A DNA stretch of 50,473 nucleotides from Coleofasciculus sp. B1-GNL1-01 (lineage in GTDB: Bacteria > Cyanobacteriota > Cyanobacteriia > Cyanobacteriales > Coleofasciculaceae): the NCBI GenBank assembly GCA_040220235.1, contig JAVJTO010000015.1, one strand, 5' to 3'. The translations under genes were made by a program, and so were the position numbers. This document shows, piece after piece, positions 39,045 to 48,692 of this stretch. The notes beneath the pieces were generated by a model. That model worked only from the letters and a program-made list of their open reading frames with translations. It was not told the DNA's origin and made no database searches. The first letter of the stretch is position 1, and every line of letters starts with the position of its first letter.

Positions 39045-39166
39045 TTACTGTTCCCTGTGACACACCGAGCGTGTTACTGAGCGTGTTACTGAGCGAAGCG
39101 TTCGACTGAGCGCTCACGCCGAAGTCCGAAGTAAGCCGAAGTAAGTCGAGGTGTTCCCTGTTCCCT
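39045..39166. repeat. Multiply nested small dispersed repeats
   Basis: CACACCGAGCG[TGTTACTGAGCG[TGTTACTGAGCGAAGC[27 nt]CGAAGT]AAGCCGAAGT]AAGTCGAGGTG. Confidence 0.8.
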
Positions 39167-39205
39167 AATCTCAACCATTAACTTTAATGAAAGTCCGGCT
39201 ACTTA

Positions 39206-40402
39206 TCACTCCTGAACCAAAAATTGAATATCTCGTTTTGTAAAGGGTAAATCATTATTGATCGCGTCGATTTCTTCCTGTTCCATTTCATTCACCTCAC
39301 CTATATAGTGGCGCAAAATTTGCATCAGGCGTTGATTATAAAATCGGTGCAGACTGTGATTCGGTGTCGCGGGAAATCCTCGCCGTCTCTTGTGGCGTCC
39401 CCCAGCACCTGGATCAAACATCTTAACCCCATTCGCGATCGCCCATTCTATCGGGGTGTAATAGCACGCATCGAAATGCAGGCAGTCATATTCCTCAAAA
39501 CAGCCCCAATAGCGCCCATACAACTGATCACCCTTATTAATACAAAACGACATCCCCACGGGATGTCGGTCATCACCGTCTCGATAAGCCGCCACCAATA
39601 CCACACGATGACGATAGTCGGGATACAACTGTTCAAAAAACTGGCGCGTCAGATACTTACTGCCCCAAAAAAACTTATCGCAGGTGCTGCTATAGAAGTT
39701 ATAAATCAGGGGAAATAATGATTTGGGAATATCATCCCCGACTAAAGGAATCAAACGCAGTCCGGCTTTAGTCACCGCTTTACGTTCCCGCTTAATATTA
39801 CGGCGCTGATTGGCGTTAAAGATACTCAGATAATCATCAAAGCTACTAAACCCTTTATTCTGCCAAATATAACTGTGATGCAACCAGCTTGTGAAACCAT
39901 GGCGTTCCATCACCTGTCGCCATTCAGGGTCAACAAAGAGAAAATGACAGCCACTAATCCGGTTATCCCCGCAAAAGTGATCAATGGCACTCACCATAAT
40001 CTCAGTGAGTTCATCTTCATCTTCTCCAGGTGCAATTAAAAATCGGTAACCGCCTGCTGGGGTAAACGGCGTCATTCCTAACAGTTTGGGATAGTAGCGA
40101 ACGCCTAAACGATGGGATAGATCTGCCCATTGGTGGTCAAAGACAAATTCTCCATAGCTATGACCTTTAATATAGAAGGGCGCAGCCGCAATAAGCTGTC
40201 GGTTTTGCCATACTGTTAGGTGATTGGGCAACCAGCCGGTTTTAGATGTCGCACTTCCCGATGTTTCTAAATTATTCAACCAATCCCATTCCAGAAATGG
40301 TGTTTTCAGGGGTTGGGCAAGGGCATCCCAAGCTGCTTGGGGAATATCAGCCATCCGGTTAACCCAGTTAACGGAATAGTCAGTCTGCGGTTGGTGAACC
40401 AT
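39206..40402 (-). CDS. GNAT-superfamily (FemAB-like/DUF482) protein
   Basis: KGHSYGEFVFDHQWAD, YYPKL..PFTP, LYGRYWG, HFDACYY, PGAGGRHK..RGF. Confidence 0.9.
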   Translation of the reverse strand: MVHQPQTDYSVNWVNRMADIPQAAWDALAQPLKTPFLEWDWLNNLETSGSATSKTGWLPNHLTVWQNRQLIAAAPFYIKGHSYGEFVFDHQWADLSHRLGVRYYPKLLGMTPFTPAGGYRFLIAPGEDEDELTEIMVSAIDHFCGDNRISGCHFLFVDPEWRQVMERHGFTSWLHHSYIWQNKGFSSFDDYLSIFNANQRRNIKRERKAVTKAGLRLIPLVGDDIPKSLFPLIYNFYSSTCDKFFWGSKYLTRQFFEQLYPDYRHRVVLVAAYRDGDDRHPVGMSFCINKGDQLYGRYWGCFEEYDCLHFDACYYTPIEWAIANGVKMFDPGAGGRHKRRRGFPATPNHSLHRFYNQRLMQILRHYIGEVNEMEQEEIDAINNDLPFTKRDIQFLVQE

Positions 40403-40524
40403 TGGGAAAGTCTATAATTAGGTCTGCACTATTGAAATGAACGGTGAAGATCGTTATTTACAATTTGCTCTATGTCATTGGTAAGGTACGGAGGGGTTAT
40501 TTACATAAGTTAACATAATAGAAT

Positions 40525-41232
40525 TTATTTTGACCGATTGACCAACCGATAGTGCAGAAATAACTCTTGGTCAATCCTCTCAACCGCCAAAAGTTCTAAA
40601 CGCTTCGCCAATTGCTGCGAAAAACCAGCCCCCTGAACGGATGTTGGGGCAGCTGCACCCCCTAAAATCAGTGGACAAACTGTGAACCAGAGTTCATCGA
40701 TTAAATCAGCCGCCAGTAGAGATGCCACTAAGTTCCCCCCCCCTAAGACAGCAAGCCGTTGGATGCCCAATTGGTTGAGCTGTTGATAAGTGTCATGCCA
40801 ATTTATCCCATCCCTAGAGGCATTCACCACCAAAATCCGCTCAAAATAATCCGACTTGTCCCGCCAAGGTTTAGCACCCGCCTCTGTCGTCAACAGCCAA
40901 CGGGGTACGTTTTGGCGAAAAAAGCGTAATTGTGGATCGAATTGAGCTAGACGGGAGCAAACAATCTGTACAGGTTGGATGGGTAAGCCCCGTTGTTGAC
41001 GCTGTTGCTGTAACTGGGGATTTGAGACACTACGAGTGGTACCATAAGCCCGGAGAGTCCCTGCACCGAACAAAACCCCATCCGCTAGTGCCACCTGATT
41101 TTCCAGATGGGCTTGATCAGCAGGCGATGAGAATCGGGCAGGCGATCGCGTCACGTCCGCAATCTTGCCATCGGCACTCATAGCCAGAACGACTGTAGTA
41201 TGGGGTCGATTGATAGCAGACGTTTCCGGCAT
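40525..41232 (-). CDS. RibD C-terminal-like pyrimidine reductase family protein
   Basis: AMSADGKI, GAGTLR, VLGGG, LIDEL..CPLILGG. Confidence 0.9.
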   Translation of the reverse strand: MPETSAINRPHTTVVLAMSADGKIADVTRSPARFSSPADQAHLENQVALADGVLFGAGTLRAYGTTRSVSNPQLQQQRQQRGLPIQPVQIVCSRLAQFDPQLRFFRQNVPRWLLTTEAGAKPWRDKSDYFERILVVNASRDGINWHDTYQQLNQLGIQRLAVLGGGNLVASLLAADLIDELWFTVCPLILGGAAAPTSVQGAGFSQQLAKRLELLAVERIDQELFLHYRLVNRSK

Positions 41233-41448
41233 AGTTGTCTAGACCCAAGAAAAAGAATGATCACTATTTTGGCGCAATTCACCCCAGGATCGTCTGCATG
41301 TGTGGCACTCTATCAAAACAATCGAAAGAGCTTATGAATCGTTCTAGGATAGAGATAAGGGGTTTTCAAGGAAACTCCGTGACTCGTAAACTGTATAACG
41401 ATTACTCTTTCTACCGCCTTTTCTTCTGTAATCACACCAGCGTATCTT

Positions 41449-43560
41449 ATGGCTAAGCCAGGTCAATCCTCCTTTCGTCGTGTTTTGCTGTCACGCCTGT
41501 TGTTACTCAGCGTGCCAGTGTTACTATTGGGAGTTTATGTGACCTACAGAAAAGCACGCTCAACGCTTCTAGACACAGCGCGTCAAAATTTAACCGAAAG
41601 TGCTGTGAGAAAAGCAGAAAGCATTCAAGAGTCGATCTCAGCGTTACAAGCCAACCTGCTGACCGCTAGCCAAGCCATAGTCTTTCAATCTCAATCATCG
41701 ACAGGCTATCAACAATTTATCAACCAACTGGCTCAACAACTCCCAACCCCGATCAATTGCGTGCAGTTGAGTGATATCCAGACTCAAGATATCGTGAGCA
41801 GTACCTGTAATCAACCCTTACTCGTCAGCCAGCAAGTGATCTCAAAATGGTCCAGCCAGGAAGATGAGGTTTCTGTCGATCCGTCTCAAATTGAGGTTAC
41901 AGTGCTACCTCCGCTAGCACCCTCAACCCCTGCTACAAACGAAACTGAAGCCATCTCAGACAAAAGTCAACTCCCGATTCTGTTGAGTGCGCCCGTTTAT
42001 AACGCTGAGGGTCAACTCCAATATGCTTTGAGCTTATGCTCATCCTTACTCCAATCCAAATCTATCAAGCCTGGTTCCCTATCTGGTGAACCCGTGGTGA
42101 TTACCCAAGCGGGTAAAATTCTGGTGCATCCCATCGCCCAGCAAGTGGGACGCAATATCAACCAAGAACTGGATTCTTCAAGACTTGAGAGTCTGGTCGA
42201 AGACGCGATCGCAGGTCGTGAGTCCTTTATCCATCTTGCCGTGGATGGTCAGGAATATGTCGCTGGCTATACAGCGATTGAAAGTCCGATTAGCGACCAA
42301 TCTGACCAGCAATGGATTATTCTCGCTGTTACCCCCTTGGAGAGTGCGCTGATCGGTCTTCAGGATATCCGCCAAGTTTTGTTTATCCTCACCTGTGGCT
42401 TAATTGCTGCCAGTATTTTAGCCACAATTTACATTTCCCGTGACCTCGCCCGTCCCTTAGAAAAACTCAGAGATTGCGCCTTGCATGAATCCCAGCTTCA
42501 CTCGAATTATCGCATTCCTCATACCTTCAAAATTCGAGAAATTAACCAATTAGCCGAAGCCCTGGATGGCATGTTTGAGCGCCTCAAACATTGGGCAGAA
42601 GAACTCGAAGCCGCCTGGAAAGAAGCCCAAGCCGCCAACCAGCTTAAGAATGAGTTTCTGGCTACAACATCTCACGAACTGAGAACTCCCCTCAATGGTA
42701 TTATTGGTTGCCTGCGACTGGTCAAAGATGGTTTCTGTGATGACCGCGAGGAAGAACTTGACTTTTTGCAACGAGCCGATGAAGCGGCTATTCATTTGTT
42801 GAACATTATTAATGATGTTTTAGACCTGGCAAAACTTGAGTCAGGGAAACTTTCCGTTGAAGTTGAACTGATCGATCTGCGTCAACTGATTGATGAAGTA
42901 ATTCACTTACAGGCAGTTTCTATTAAATCGAAGGGACTCGAATTCAACACAAAAAACTTGCATGAAAAACTTCCCGTTATTGCCGATCCCGCTAAACTGA
43001 AGCAAGTCCTAATTAATGTCATTGGTAACTCGGCAAAGTTTACTGATTCGGGCAGCATTACAGTCAGTACACAGATTGAAACAGGCAGTGATAAGACCGA
43101 ACCCTTAGTGAGTGCTGATGATTCTACATCTGTTGCTAGCGTCTCCACGATTCCCAGTAATAAACAAGTTACTGAAAATCATGAAAATGGAGAGTTGTTT
43201 CCTGCACAAGTTGTTGTCACAGTTAAAGATACGGGAATTGGCATCGATCCGGTGCAACAGGCTAAACTATTTCGTCCCTTTGTCATGGTAGATGGCTCAA
43301 CTACGCGCAAGTATGGTGGTACAGGTCTCGGTCTGGCTATTTCCCGCAACTTGATCGAATTGATGGGGGGGACAATTACCCTTTTTAGTGCTGGAGAAGG
43401 TCAGGGAACGACGGTGAACATTAGCTTACCGCTTGTCGAAACAAAGGGACAGGATACGGATGAGCAACTTGACAGTGAGCCACCCTCACAAGTATCAACA
43501 GAATTGCCTAAACATCAGGATTCAATTGGCGAGATTAACGGCAAATTAATAACGGATTGA
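41449..43560 (+). CDS. Membrane sensor histidine kinase (Cache-like, HAMP, HisKA, HATPase)
   Basis: Two TM segments; FLATTSHELRTPLNG, NVIGNSAKFT, DTGIG, GGTGLGL. Confidence 0.93.
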   Translation: MAKPGQSSFRRVLLSRLLLLSVPVLLLGVYVTYRKARSTLLDTARQNLTESAVRKAESIQESISALQANLLTASQAIVFQSQSSTGYQQFINQLAQQLPTPINCVQLSDIQTQDIVSSTCNQPLLVSQQVISKWSSQEDEVSVDPSQIEVTVLPPLAPSTPATNETEAISDKSQLPILLSAPVYNAEGQLQYALSLCSSLLQSKSIKPGSLSGEPVVITQAGKILVHPIAQQVGRNINQELDSSRLESLVEDAIAGRESFIHLAVDGQEYVAGYTAIESPISDQSDQQWIILAVTPLESALIGLQDIRQVLFILTCGLIAASILATIYISRDLARPLEKLRDCALHESQLHSNYRIPHTFKIREINQLAEALDGMFERLKHWAEELEAAWKEAQAANQLKNEFLATTSHELRTPLNGIIGCLRLVKDGFCDDREEELDFLQRADEAAIHLLNIINDVLDLAKLESGKLSVEVELIDLRQLIDEVIHLQAVSIKSKGLEFNTKNLHEKLPVIADPAKLKQVLINVIGNSAKFTDSGSITVSTQIETGSDKTEPLVSADDSTSVASVSTIPSNKQVTENHENGELFPAQVVVTVKDTGIGIDPVQQAKLFRPFVMVDGSTTRKYGGTGLGLAISRNLIELMGGTITLFSAGEGQGTTVNISLPLVETKGQDTDEQLDSEPPSQVSTELPKHQDSIGEINGKLITD

Positions 43561-43593
43561 TAGTTTACTATAGTCATATTTAAAACATTTTCA

Positions 43594-44223
43594 ATGGTTG
43601 CTCAACTCCAAAATCAACGAATAACTCCTCAAGAGTATCTGGAATGGGAAGAACAACAAGCCATTAAGTACGAATATATTAATGGCAAGGTTTTGGCGAT
43701 GACAGGGGGAACCCTTTCCCATAACTCTATTGCCGTAAATCTGACATCTGCACTCAAAAATCACCTGAGGGGTAAAGGCTGTAAAGTCTTTATGGCAGAT
43801 GCCAAAGTAGGAGTTTCACGTCAGGGACCCTTTCACTATCCAGATGTGATGGTTAGTTGCGATCCGCGAGACCAAAGAGCGCGTAAAATTATCTATCATC
43901 CCTGTTTGCTTGTCGAAGTCCTGTCACCGGGTACAGAAGCCTTTGACCGTGGCAAAAAATTTAGGCATTACCGTCGGATTGATAGCTTGAAAGAATATGT
44001 TCTGATTGAGCCAGATAAAATGAACGTGGAATGCTACCGACTCAATGAGATGGGAAAATGGGAATTGACAGCTTATTCTTTTGAAGAAACAACGACTAGC
44101 GGGACAGAATTAGAGGTGTATTTAACTAGCGTTGATTTCCGATGCCCTATTTCTTTGCTGTATGAAGATGTTGTTTTTCCTGAAGATAATCCAGAAGACA
44201 CTCTTATTAACAGAGAAAATTGA
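43594..44223 (+). CDS. Uma2 family putative endonuclease
   Basis: EYLEWEE..KYEYING..MTGGT..YPDVMVSCD..VEVLSPGT..DRGKKF. Confidence 0.92.
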   Translation: MVAQLQNQRITPQEYLEWEEQQAIKYEYINGKVLAMTGGTLSHNSIAVNLTSALKNHLRGKGCKVFMADAKVGVSRQGPFHYPDVMVSCDPRDQRARKIIYHPCLLVEVLSPGTEAFDRGKKFRHYRRIDSLKEYVLIEPDKMNVECYRLNEMGKWELTAYSFEETTTSGTELEVYLTSVDFRCPISLLYEDVVFPEDNPEDTLINREN

Positions 44224-44277
44224 GGTCGAAAATTTTTCCCGACACCCCACATCCTACCCAATTTTTTAAGTTATCTA

Positions 44278-45360
44278 TCATTCCGCTAACTGAGGAACCT
44301 TAATCGGTGTTCCTCCTTGTTGGAGAGACTGGGATAGACAACTGAGAATGTTGACCAGTTGAGCCGCTACCCAGCCTGAAGATACTGATACAGGTTGATT
44401 ATCGCGGATGCTCTGCAAAAAGCGATCGCACACCACCGCCAACGGTTCACTCGCCTTGATTTCGATGACTTCACGCCGCAAACCCGCAGGTGTAAACAGG
44501 TCTCCACTTTGCTCGAAATACCCATGCTGAAGCGTTAAGGGCGCATCATTTTGCATTTCATCAAAAATCAACGTTCCTTGACTCCCCACTACTCCTAGAC
44601 GCCGTTGTTTATCGGGGTTAAGCCAACATAAGTGAATATATGCCTGAAAACCCGTCGGGTACGTCAAAATAATATAAACAAAATCGGCTAAATCTTGTTC
44701 CTCAAGAAGGGCAGGTTTAGTGACATTATCTGTTAAACTCGCCCCTACAGATCCCTCTTGCCGTTGTAACCATACCCGTCCCGTGGCTTGAACTTGCACA
44801 GGTTGCTCACCTAACCAGGTATTGAAGATCGCGATATCATGAATGGCTAAATCCCACAGCGCGTCTACATCCTGACGCACGGGTCCTAGATTCGTCCGAG
44901 CCGCGTAGCCATAGCGCAATTCTCCTAAACATCCCGATTGCACCACCGCTTTACCCTGCTCAACAGCCGGATGAAATAAATAGGTGTGATCCACCATCAA
45001 TTGGCGCTGCTGTTGACGGGCTAAATCAGACAACTGTTGACATTCAGCCGCATCCAGTGTTAGCGGCTTTTCGGCTAGCACATGGAATCCTTGCTGTAGG
45101 GCGTCTTGAATCAGGGAATAATGAGTCACCGCCGGAGTCGCGATCACCACCGCATCGCATTCTATCTGGGAACGTATCGATTGCCAATTGTCTGCCAGAA
45201 CCACGGTGTCATTCAGTTTCAACCGTTCTTTAAGCTGAGTTAAGCGTTCCCTAGAGGAATCAACCACCGCTACCAGTTGAGCATCTGGATGTGACGCGAA
45301 ATTCCGCACCAAATGCGTACCCCAACGTCCTGCTCCCAATACGGCAATTTTAGTCTTCAT
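44278..45360 (-). CDS. Gfo/Idh/MocA family oxidoreductase
   Basis: IAVLGAGRWG, IATP..H, LAEKP, WDLAIHD; ATG at 45360. Confidence 0.92.
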   Translation of the reverse strand: MKTKIAVLGAGRWGTHLVRNFASHPDAQLVAVVDSSRERLTQLKERLKLNDTVVLADNWQSIRSQIECDAVVIATPAVTHYSLIQDALQQGFHVLAEKPLTLDAAECQQLSDLARQQQRQLMVDHTYLFHPAVEQGKAVVQSGCLGELRYGYAARTNLGPVRQDVDALWDLAIHDIAIFNTWLGEQPVQVQATGRVWLQRQEGSVGASLTDNVTKPALLEEQDLADFVYIILTYPTGFQAYIHLCWLNPDKQRRLGVVGSQGTLIFDEMQNDAPLTLQHGYFEQSGDLFTPAGLRREVIEIKASEPLAVVCDRFLQSIRDNQPVSVSSGWVAAQLVNILSCLSQSLQQGGTPIKVPQLAE

Positions 45361-45375
45361 AGAATTTTTGAATCT

Positions 45376-45435
45376 GTAGGGGCGGGTTTCACTATTATCG
45401 TTTTTTTTCACCCTAATGTCACTAAACCCGCCCCC
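45376..45435. repeat. Paired REP (REPIN-like)
   Basis: GTAGGGGCGGGTTT...AAACCCGCCCC; spacer similar to the 30276 copy. Confidence 0.8.
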
Positions 45436-45479
45436 TCTAAATTATGAATTACCGACCCAACAGATTAGTTGATCAATCA

Positions 45480-46187
45480 CTAATCACCAATCACTTTAGC
45501 CAATGCTGCTTTAGCGGCGGCTTGTTCTGCCGCTTTTTTAGAGCGTCCTTGTCCTTGACCCAATTGTTGACCTTGAAACCAAACTTGGGCAGTAAAACGA
45601 TTCTCGTCTCCCTCTATGGGATTGGTTTCGGTAAGGCGATATTGGGGTAACGATTTATAGTGAGCTTGAGTCCATTCTTGGAGAGCATCTTTATAGTTTT
45701 GGCGGGCGGGATCTTTAAGAATATCTTCAGTCAATCGCTGAAAATGAGGATCAAGCCAAGGACGAATTAATTCTAAGGTATGGGTACTCAGATAGAGTGC
45801 GCCGACTATCGCTTCAAAGGCATCAGCCAGCCGTGACATTTCACCCCTCGGATCAGCCGCCGCGCTGGGAGCCAGGAGCAAGTATCGCTCCAGCCCATAC
45901 TCTTGAGCCAATTGAGCCAAGACGCGATCGCTCACCAACACGGAGCGAATTGCCGCAAAGTCACCCACGGAAGCGTTGGGATAGGTTTCAAATAATAACT
46001 CTGAGGCAGCCATTCGCACCACAGCATCCCCGACAAACTCCAACTGATCATAGTTCACATCACGGGACATACTGGGATGAGTTAGCGCCAAGTCAAGCTT
46101 ATCCCATTGAACAGGCGCATTATCCAGTAATCCGAGCTTTTGCACTAATTTTTGCAGTTGTTTGTGTCGTCTGGAGTCAATGGTCAT
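45480..46187 (-). CDS. rnc: Ribonuclease III
   Basis: ALTHPS, LEFVGDAV, ADAFEAIVGALYL, dsRBD NYKDALQEW..GRSKKAAEQAAA; ATG at 46187 likely. Confidence 0.95.
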   Translation of the reverse strand: MTIDSRRHKQLQKLVQKLGLLDNAPVQWDKLDLALTHPSMSRDVNYDQLEFVGDAVVRMAASELLFETYPNASVGDFAAIRSVLVSDRVLAQLAQEYGLERYLLLAPSAAADPRGEMSRLADAFEAIVGALYLSTHTLELIRPWLDPHFQRLTEDILKDPARQNYKDALQEWTQAHYKSLPQYRLTETNPIEGDENRFTAQVWFQGQQLGQGQGRSKKAAEQAAAKAALAKVIGD

Positions 46188-46259
46188 CGAAAAAACGGAT
46201 TGGTAAGGGGATAGACGGAACCCCCTGTCATTTATGTATGGGGAGGAGTCCATGAATAA

Positions 46260-46323
46260 GGGCGGGTTTTGTTGTTCAGTTATTAGTGACAAGCTAGCTT
46301 GAGTCCCTAAACCCGCCCCTACA
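46260..46323. repeat. Paired REP (REPIN-like) between rnpB and rnc
   Basis: GGGCGGGTTT...AAACCCGCCCCTAC. Confidence 0.75.
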
Positions 46324-46341
46324 ATAAACTTATGACTAGAA

Positions 46342-46770
46342 GGGAGAGAGTCGGACATAAGCCGGGTTCTGTTCTCCTATATCACTAGGAGGGTGGTTAT
46401 CTATCTGGGACGCCTGTTACCAGACGCCTCTAGCGGCTCTTGAAGCAGGAACTGGTAAAAGACCAACCGTAGTTCCTAACGACCTTGCACCCAACCGGGG
46501 TTTACCGAGCCAGCACCTCTCGATGCTGCTGGTGCGCTCTTACCGCACCTTTGCACCCTTACCAATTCATCTTATGTCCTTTGTCTTATGTCCTTGATTC
46601 CAGACATAAGACTGGTGACTGATGACGAATTGGCGGTATGTTTCTGTGGCACTATCCTCACGGTCACCCGCACTGGGCGTTACCCAGCAAGTGTGGTCTT
46701 TCGGGAGCCCGGACTTTCCTCAGATTCACCACTTAGGTGAATCCGCAACCACCTGCGCCGACTCTCTCCT
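46342..46770 (-). ncRNA. rnpB: RNase P RNA (type A)
   Basis: Minus strand has GAGGAAAGTCCGGGC, AGTGCCACAGAAA, GGTAAACCCC, ACAGAACCCGGCTTAT; P1 ends GGAGAGAGTCGG/CCGACTCTCTCC; TAAAAT -10 at 46780-46785. Confidence 0.98.
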
Positions 46771-46822
46771 TAGTGATCTATTTTAATCGCCGGGGGCTAT
46801 TTATTGGGGTGGAACACCGTAA

Positions 46823-47443
46823 TTATTTGGGTTGTAAGGCGAGAACCAGTGCTTTTTGCCAGGACAGATTTTTGGCGATGAACTGACAGCGTAGGTTGCA
46901 GGTACGTCCTTTTGTATTTGCTTCCGATATCTTTAGGAATAAACGCAAGTAAAAATAGTCGTTTTTGTCAGCCGCTGCTTGTAGGTTTTTAGGGGAAACA
47001 AGAGGAGACCCTATCTTTTCATCGCTAATCTCTTCTTTTAGGGTTTGACCCGGAAGAATTGTACTTGGTGATTGAGAGGCTGCCTCATTTTTGCCGGGAA
47101 TCACGCGGATGGCTCGCCGAATGCGCTTATCGAAATCACTGATAAAACACTGTTTCCAATCAATTTCTACGAAAACATCTTTGGATTTATTTTCAATACT
47201 CATGGATAATCGTTTCAGTTCATCCAATTCGTATTTATCGGCAAAGGAGAATTTTATGACTAGAAAGTCCTGTAGCTGATATTTTGACAACTCTTGATTT
47301 AGATAAGCCGCATCGGTTTCAAATTTCACCAGCTTATCTAAGGACTGAAAGGCTTGGTTAAAAACCAAGGCAACAACAATAAAGTAAACGGTTAAAACTA
47401 ATATATTTCGGGCTAATTCTGTCGCAAAATCCATAAACCCCAA
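46823..47443 (-). CDS. Hypothetical protein with N-terminal TM helix
   Basis: 206-aa ORF co-oriented with corA; AGGAG upstream; start may be ATG 47434. Confidence 0.75.
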   Translation of the reverse strand: MGFMDFATELARNILVLTVYFIVVALVFNQAFQSLDKLVKFETDAAYLNQELSKYQLQDFLVIKFSFADKYELDELKRLSMSIENKSKDVFVEIDWKQCFISDFDKRIRRAIRVIPGKNEAASQSPSTILPGQTLKEEISDEKIGSPLVSPKNLQAAADKNDYFYLRLFLKISEANTKGRTCNLRCQFIAKNLSWQKALVLALQPK

Positions 47444-47508
47444 GACTCCTAATTAATACACAAAAGCAAGCAAAGCCATGATCCGTTATTAGTCGTCAGC
47501 ACTCAACC

Positions 47509-48657
47509 TTAATCATGTTTGGCAAAGCGAGAATCCTCGAACCAGCCGCGACGCCAGAAAAAGAAGCATAAAGACGCCGCGATCGCGATCATCACGCCCC
47601 AACAGATAAAGTATCCCCAACGCCAGGTTAATTCTGGCATATATTGGAAGTTCATCCCATAAACTCCTGCGATAAAGGTGATCGGAATGAAAACCGTTGA
47701 CATTACGGTCAAGACTTTCATCACCTCATTCATTTTATTGCTGACGGAGGACAAGTAAACATCCATTAAACCCGACGCCAATTCCCGATAGGTTTCTACC
47801 ATATCAAGTACCTGAATTGTGTGGTCATAACAGTCCCGCAGATAAATGCGAACATCTGAACTAATCAAATGGCTACCGTCGCGAATTAATGCATTAATCG
47901 CACTGCGTTGGGGCCAAATTGAACGGCGTAACGCCAGTAATTCCCGCCGAACCTGGTAAATTTTCTCCAGGGTTTGGTGATTAGGGTTGAGAATCACTTC
48001 ATCCTCTAACGCTTCGATGCGTTCCCCATAGTCTTCCAGCACTGGAAAAAACCCATCAATGATCGCATCCAAGAGCGTATACGCCAGATAATCCGCACCC
48101 GCTTGCCGTATTTTACCTTTATGTCCCCGAATTCGAGCGCGTACTGGTTCAAAACAATCCCGTTCGGGTTCCTCCTGAAAGGTCAGTAAATAGGATTTCC
48201 CTAAGACAAAACTCACTTGCTCAATCCAAAACCCATCTTCTGTGGGTTTAGGCATGACCATCTGGGCTATAATTAATAACTGATCGCTGTAATCCTCCAC
48301 TTTTGGGCGTTGAGGAACATTAACCACATCTTCCAAGAGTAAGGGATGTAACCCCACAATTCGCCCCAAGCCTAATAATAGATCTTCACTCCCTAACCCC
48401 TGAATATCTAGCCAAGATACGGAGTCACTCGTCAGGTAAGGAGTACAAGCATCTGCGGTTAAATTGGTTACACGATTGGCGTGGCTTTCGTTGTAATCAA
48501 TCAGAACGATGAATGACGGACAAGCATCCTCATCAATGCTTAAGGTTCCCGGTAAACTCCCCGGCTCATCATAGAAATACTCAAATAGATCTTCGTCATC
48601 ATCGTTATCATTTGCTCTTGTGGCTAACCTATCCCCTGGAAAATGGCGTTGTGTCAT
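47509..48657 (-). CDS. corA: Magnesium/cobalt transporter CorA
   Basis: LHPLLLED..QRPKVEDY, MNEVMKVLT, YGMNF, MPEL. Confidence 0.96.
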   Translation of the reverse strand: MTQRHFPGDRLATRANDNDDDEDLFEYFYDEPGSLPGTLSIDEDACPSFIVLIDYNESHANRVTNLTADACTPYLTSDSVSWLDIQGLGSEDLLLGLGRIVGLHPLLLEDVVNVPQRPKVEDYSDQLLIIAQMVMPKPTEDGFWIEQVSFVLGKSYLLTFQEEPERDCFEPVRARIRGHKGKIRQAGADYLAYTLLDAIIDGFFPVLEDYGERIEALEDEVILNPNHQTLEKIYQVRRELLALRRSIWPQRSAINALIRDGSHLISSDVRIYLRDCYDHTIQVLDMVETYRELASGLMDVYLSSVSNKMNEVMKVLTVMSTVFIPITFIAGVYGMNFQYMPELTWRWGYFICWGVMIAIAASLCFFFWRRGWFEDSRFAKHD

Positions 48658-48692
48658 TTAGCGCTCCTGACTGTTTATCCTTAGGATAAGGA

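Noticed and set aside
45361..45411. N-terminal extension of the Gfo/Idh/MocA ORF
   Set aside because: It is translated REP sequence; the Rossmann motif begins right after ATG 45360
46188..46358. N-terminal extension of RNase III in the ORF track
   Set aside because: It runs through the rnpB 3' end and a REP element; the likely start is ATG 46187
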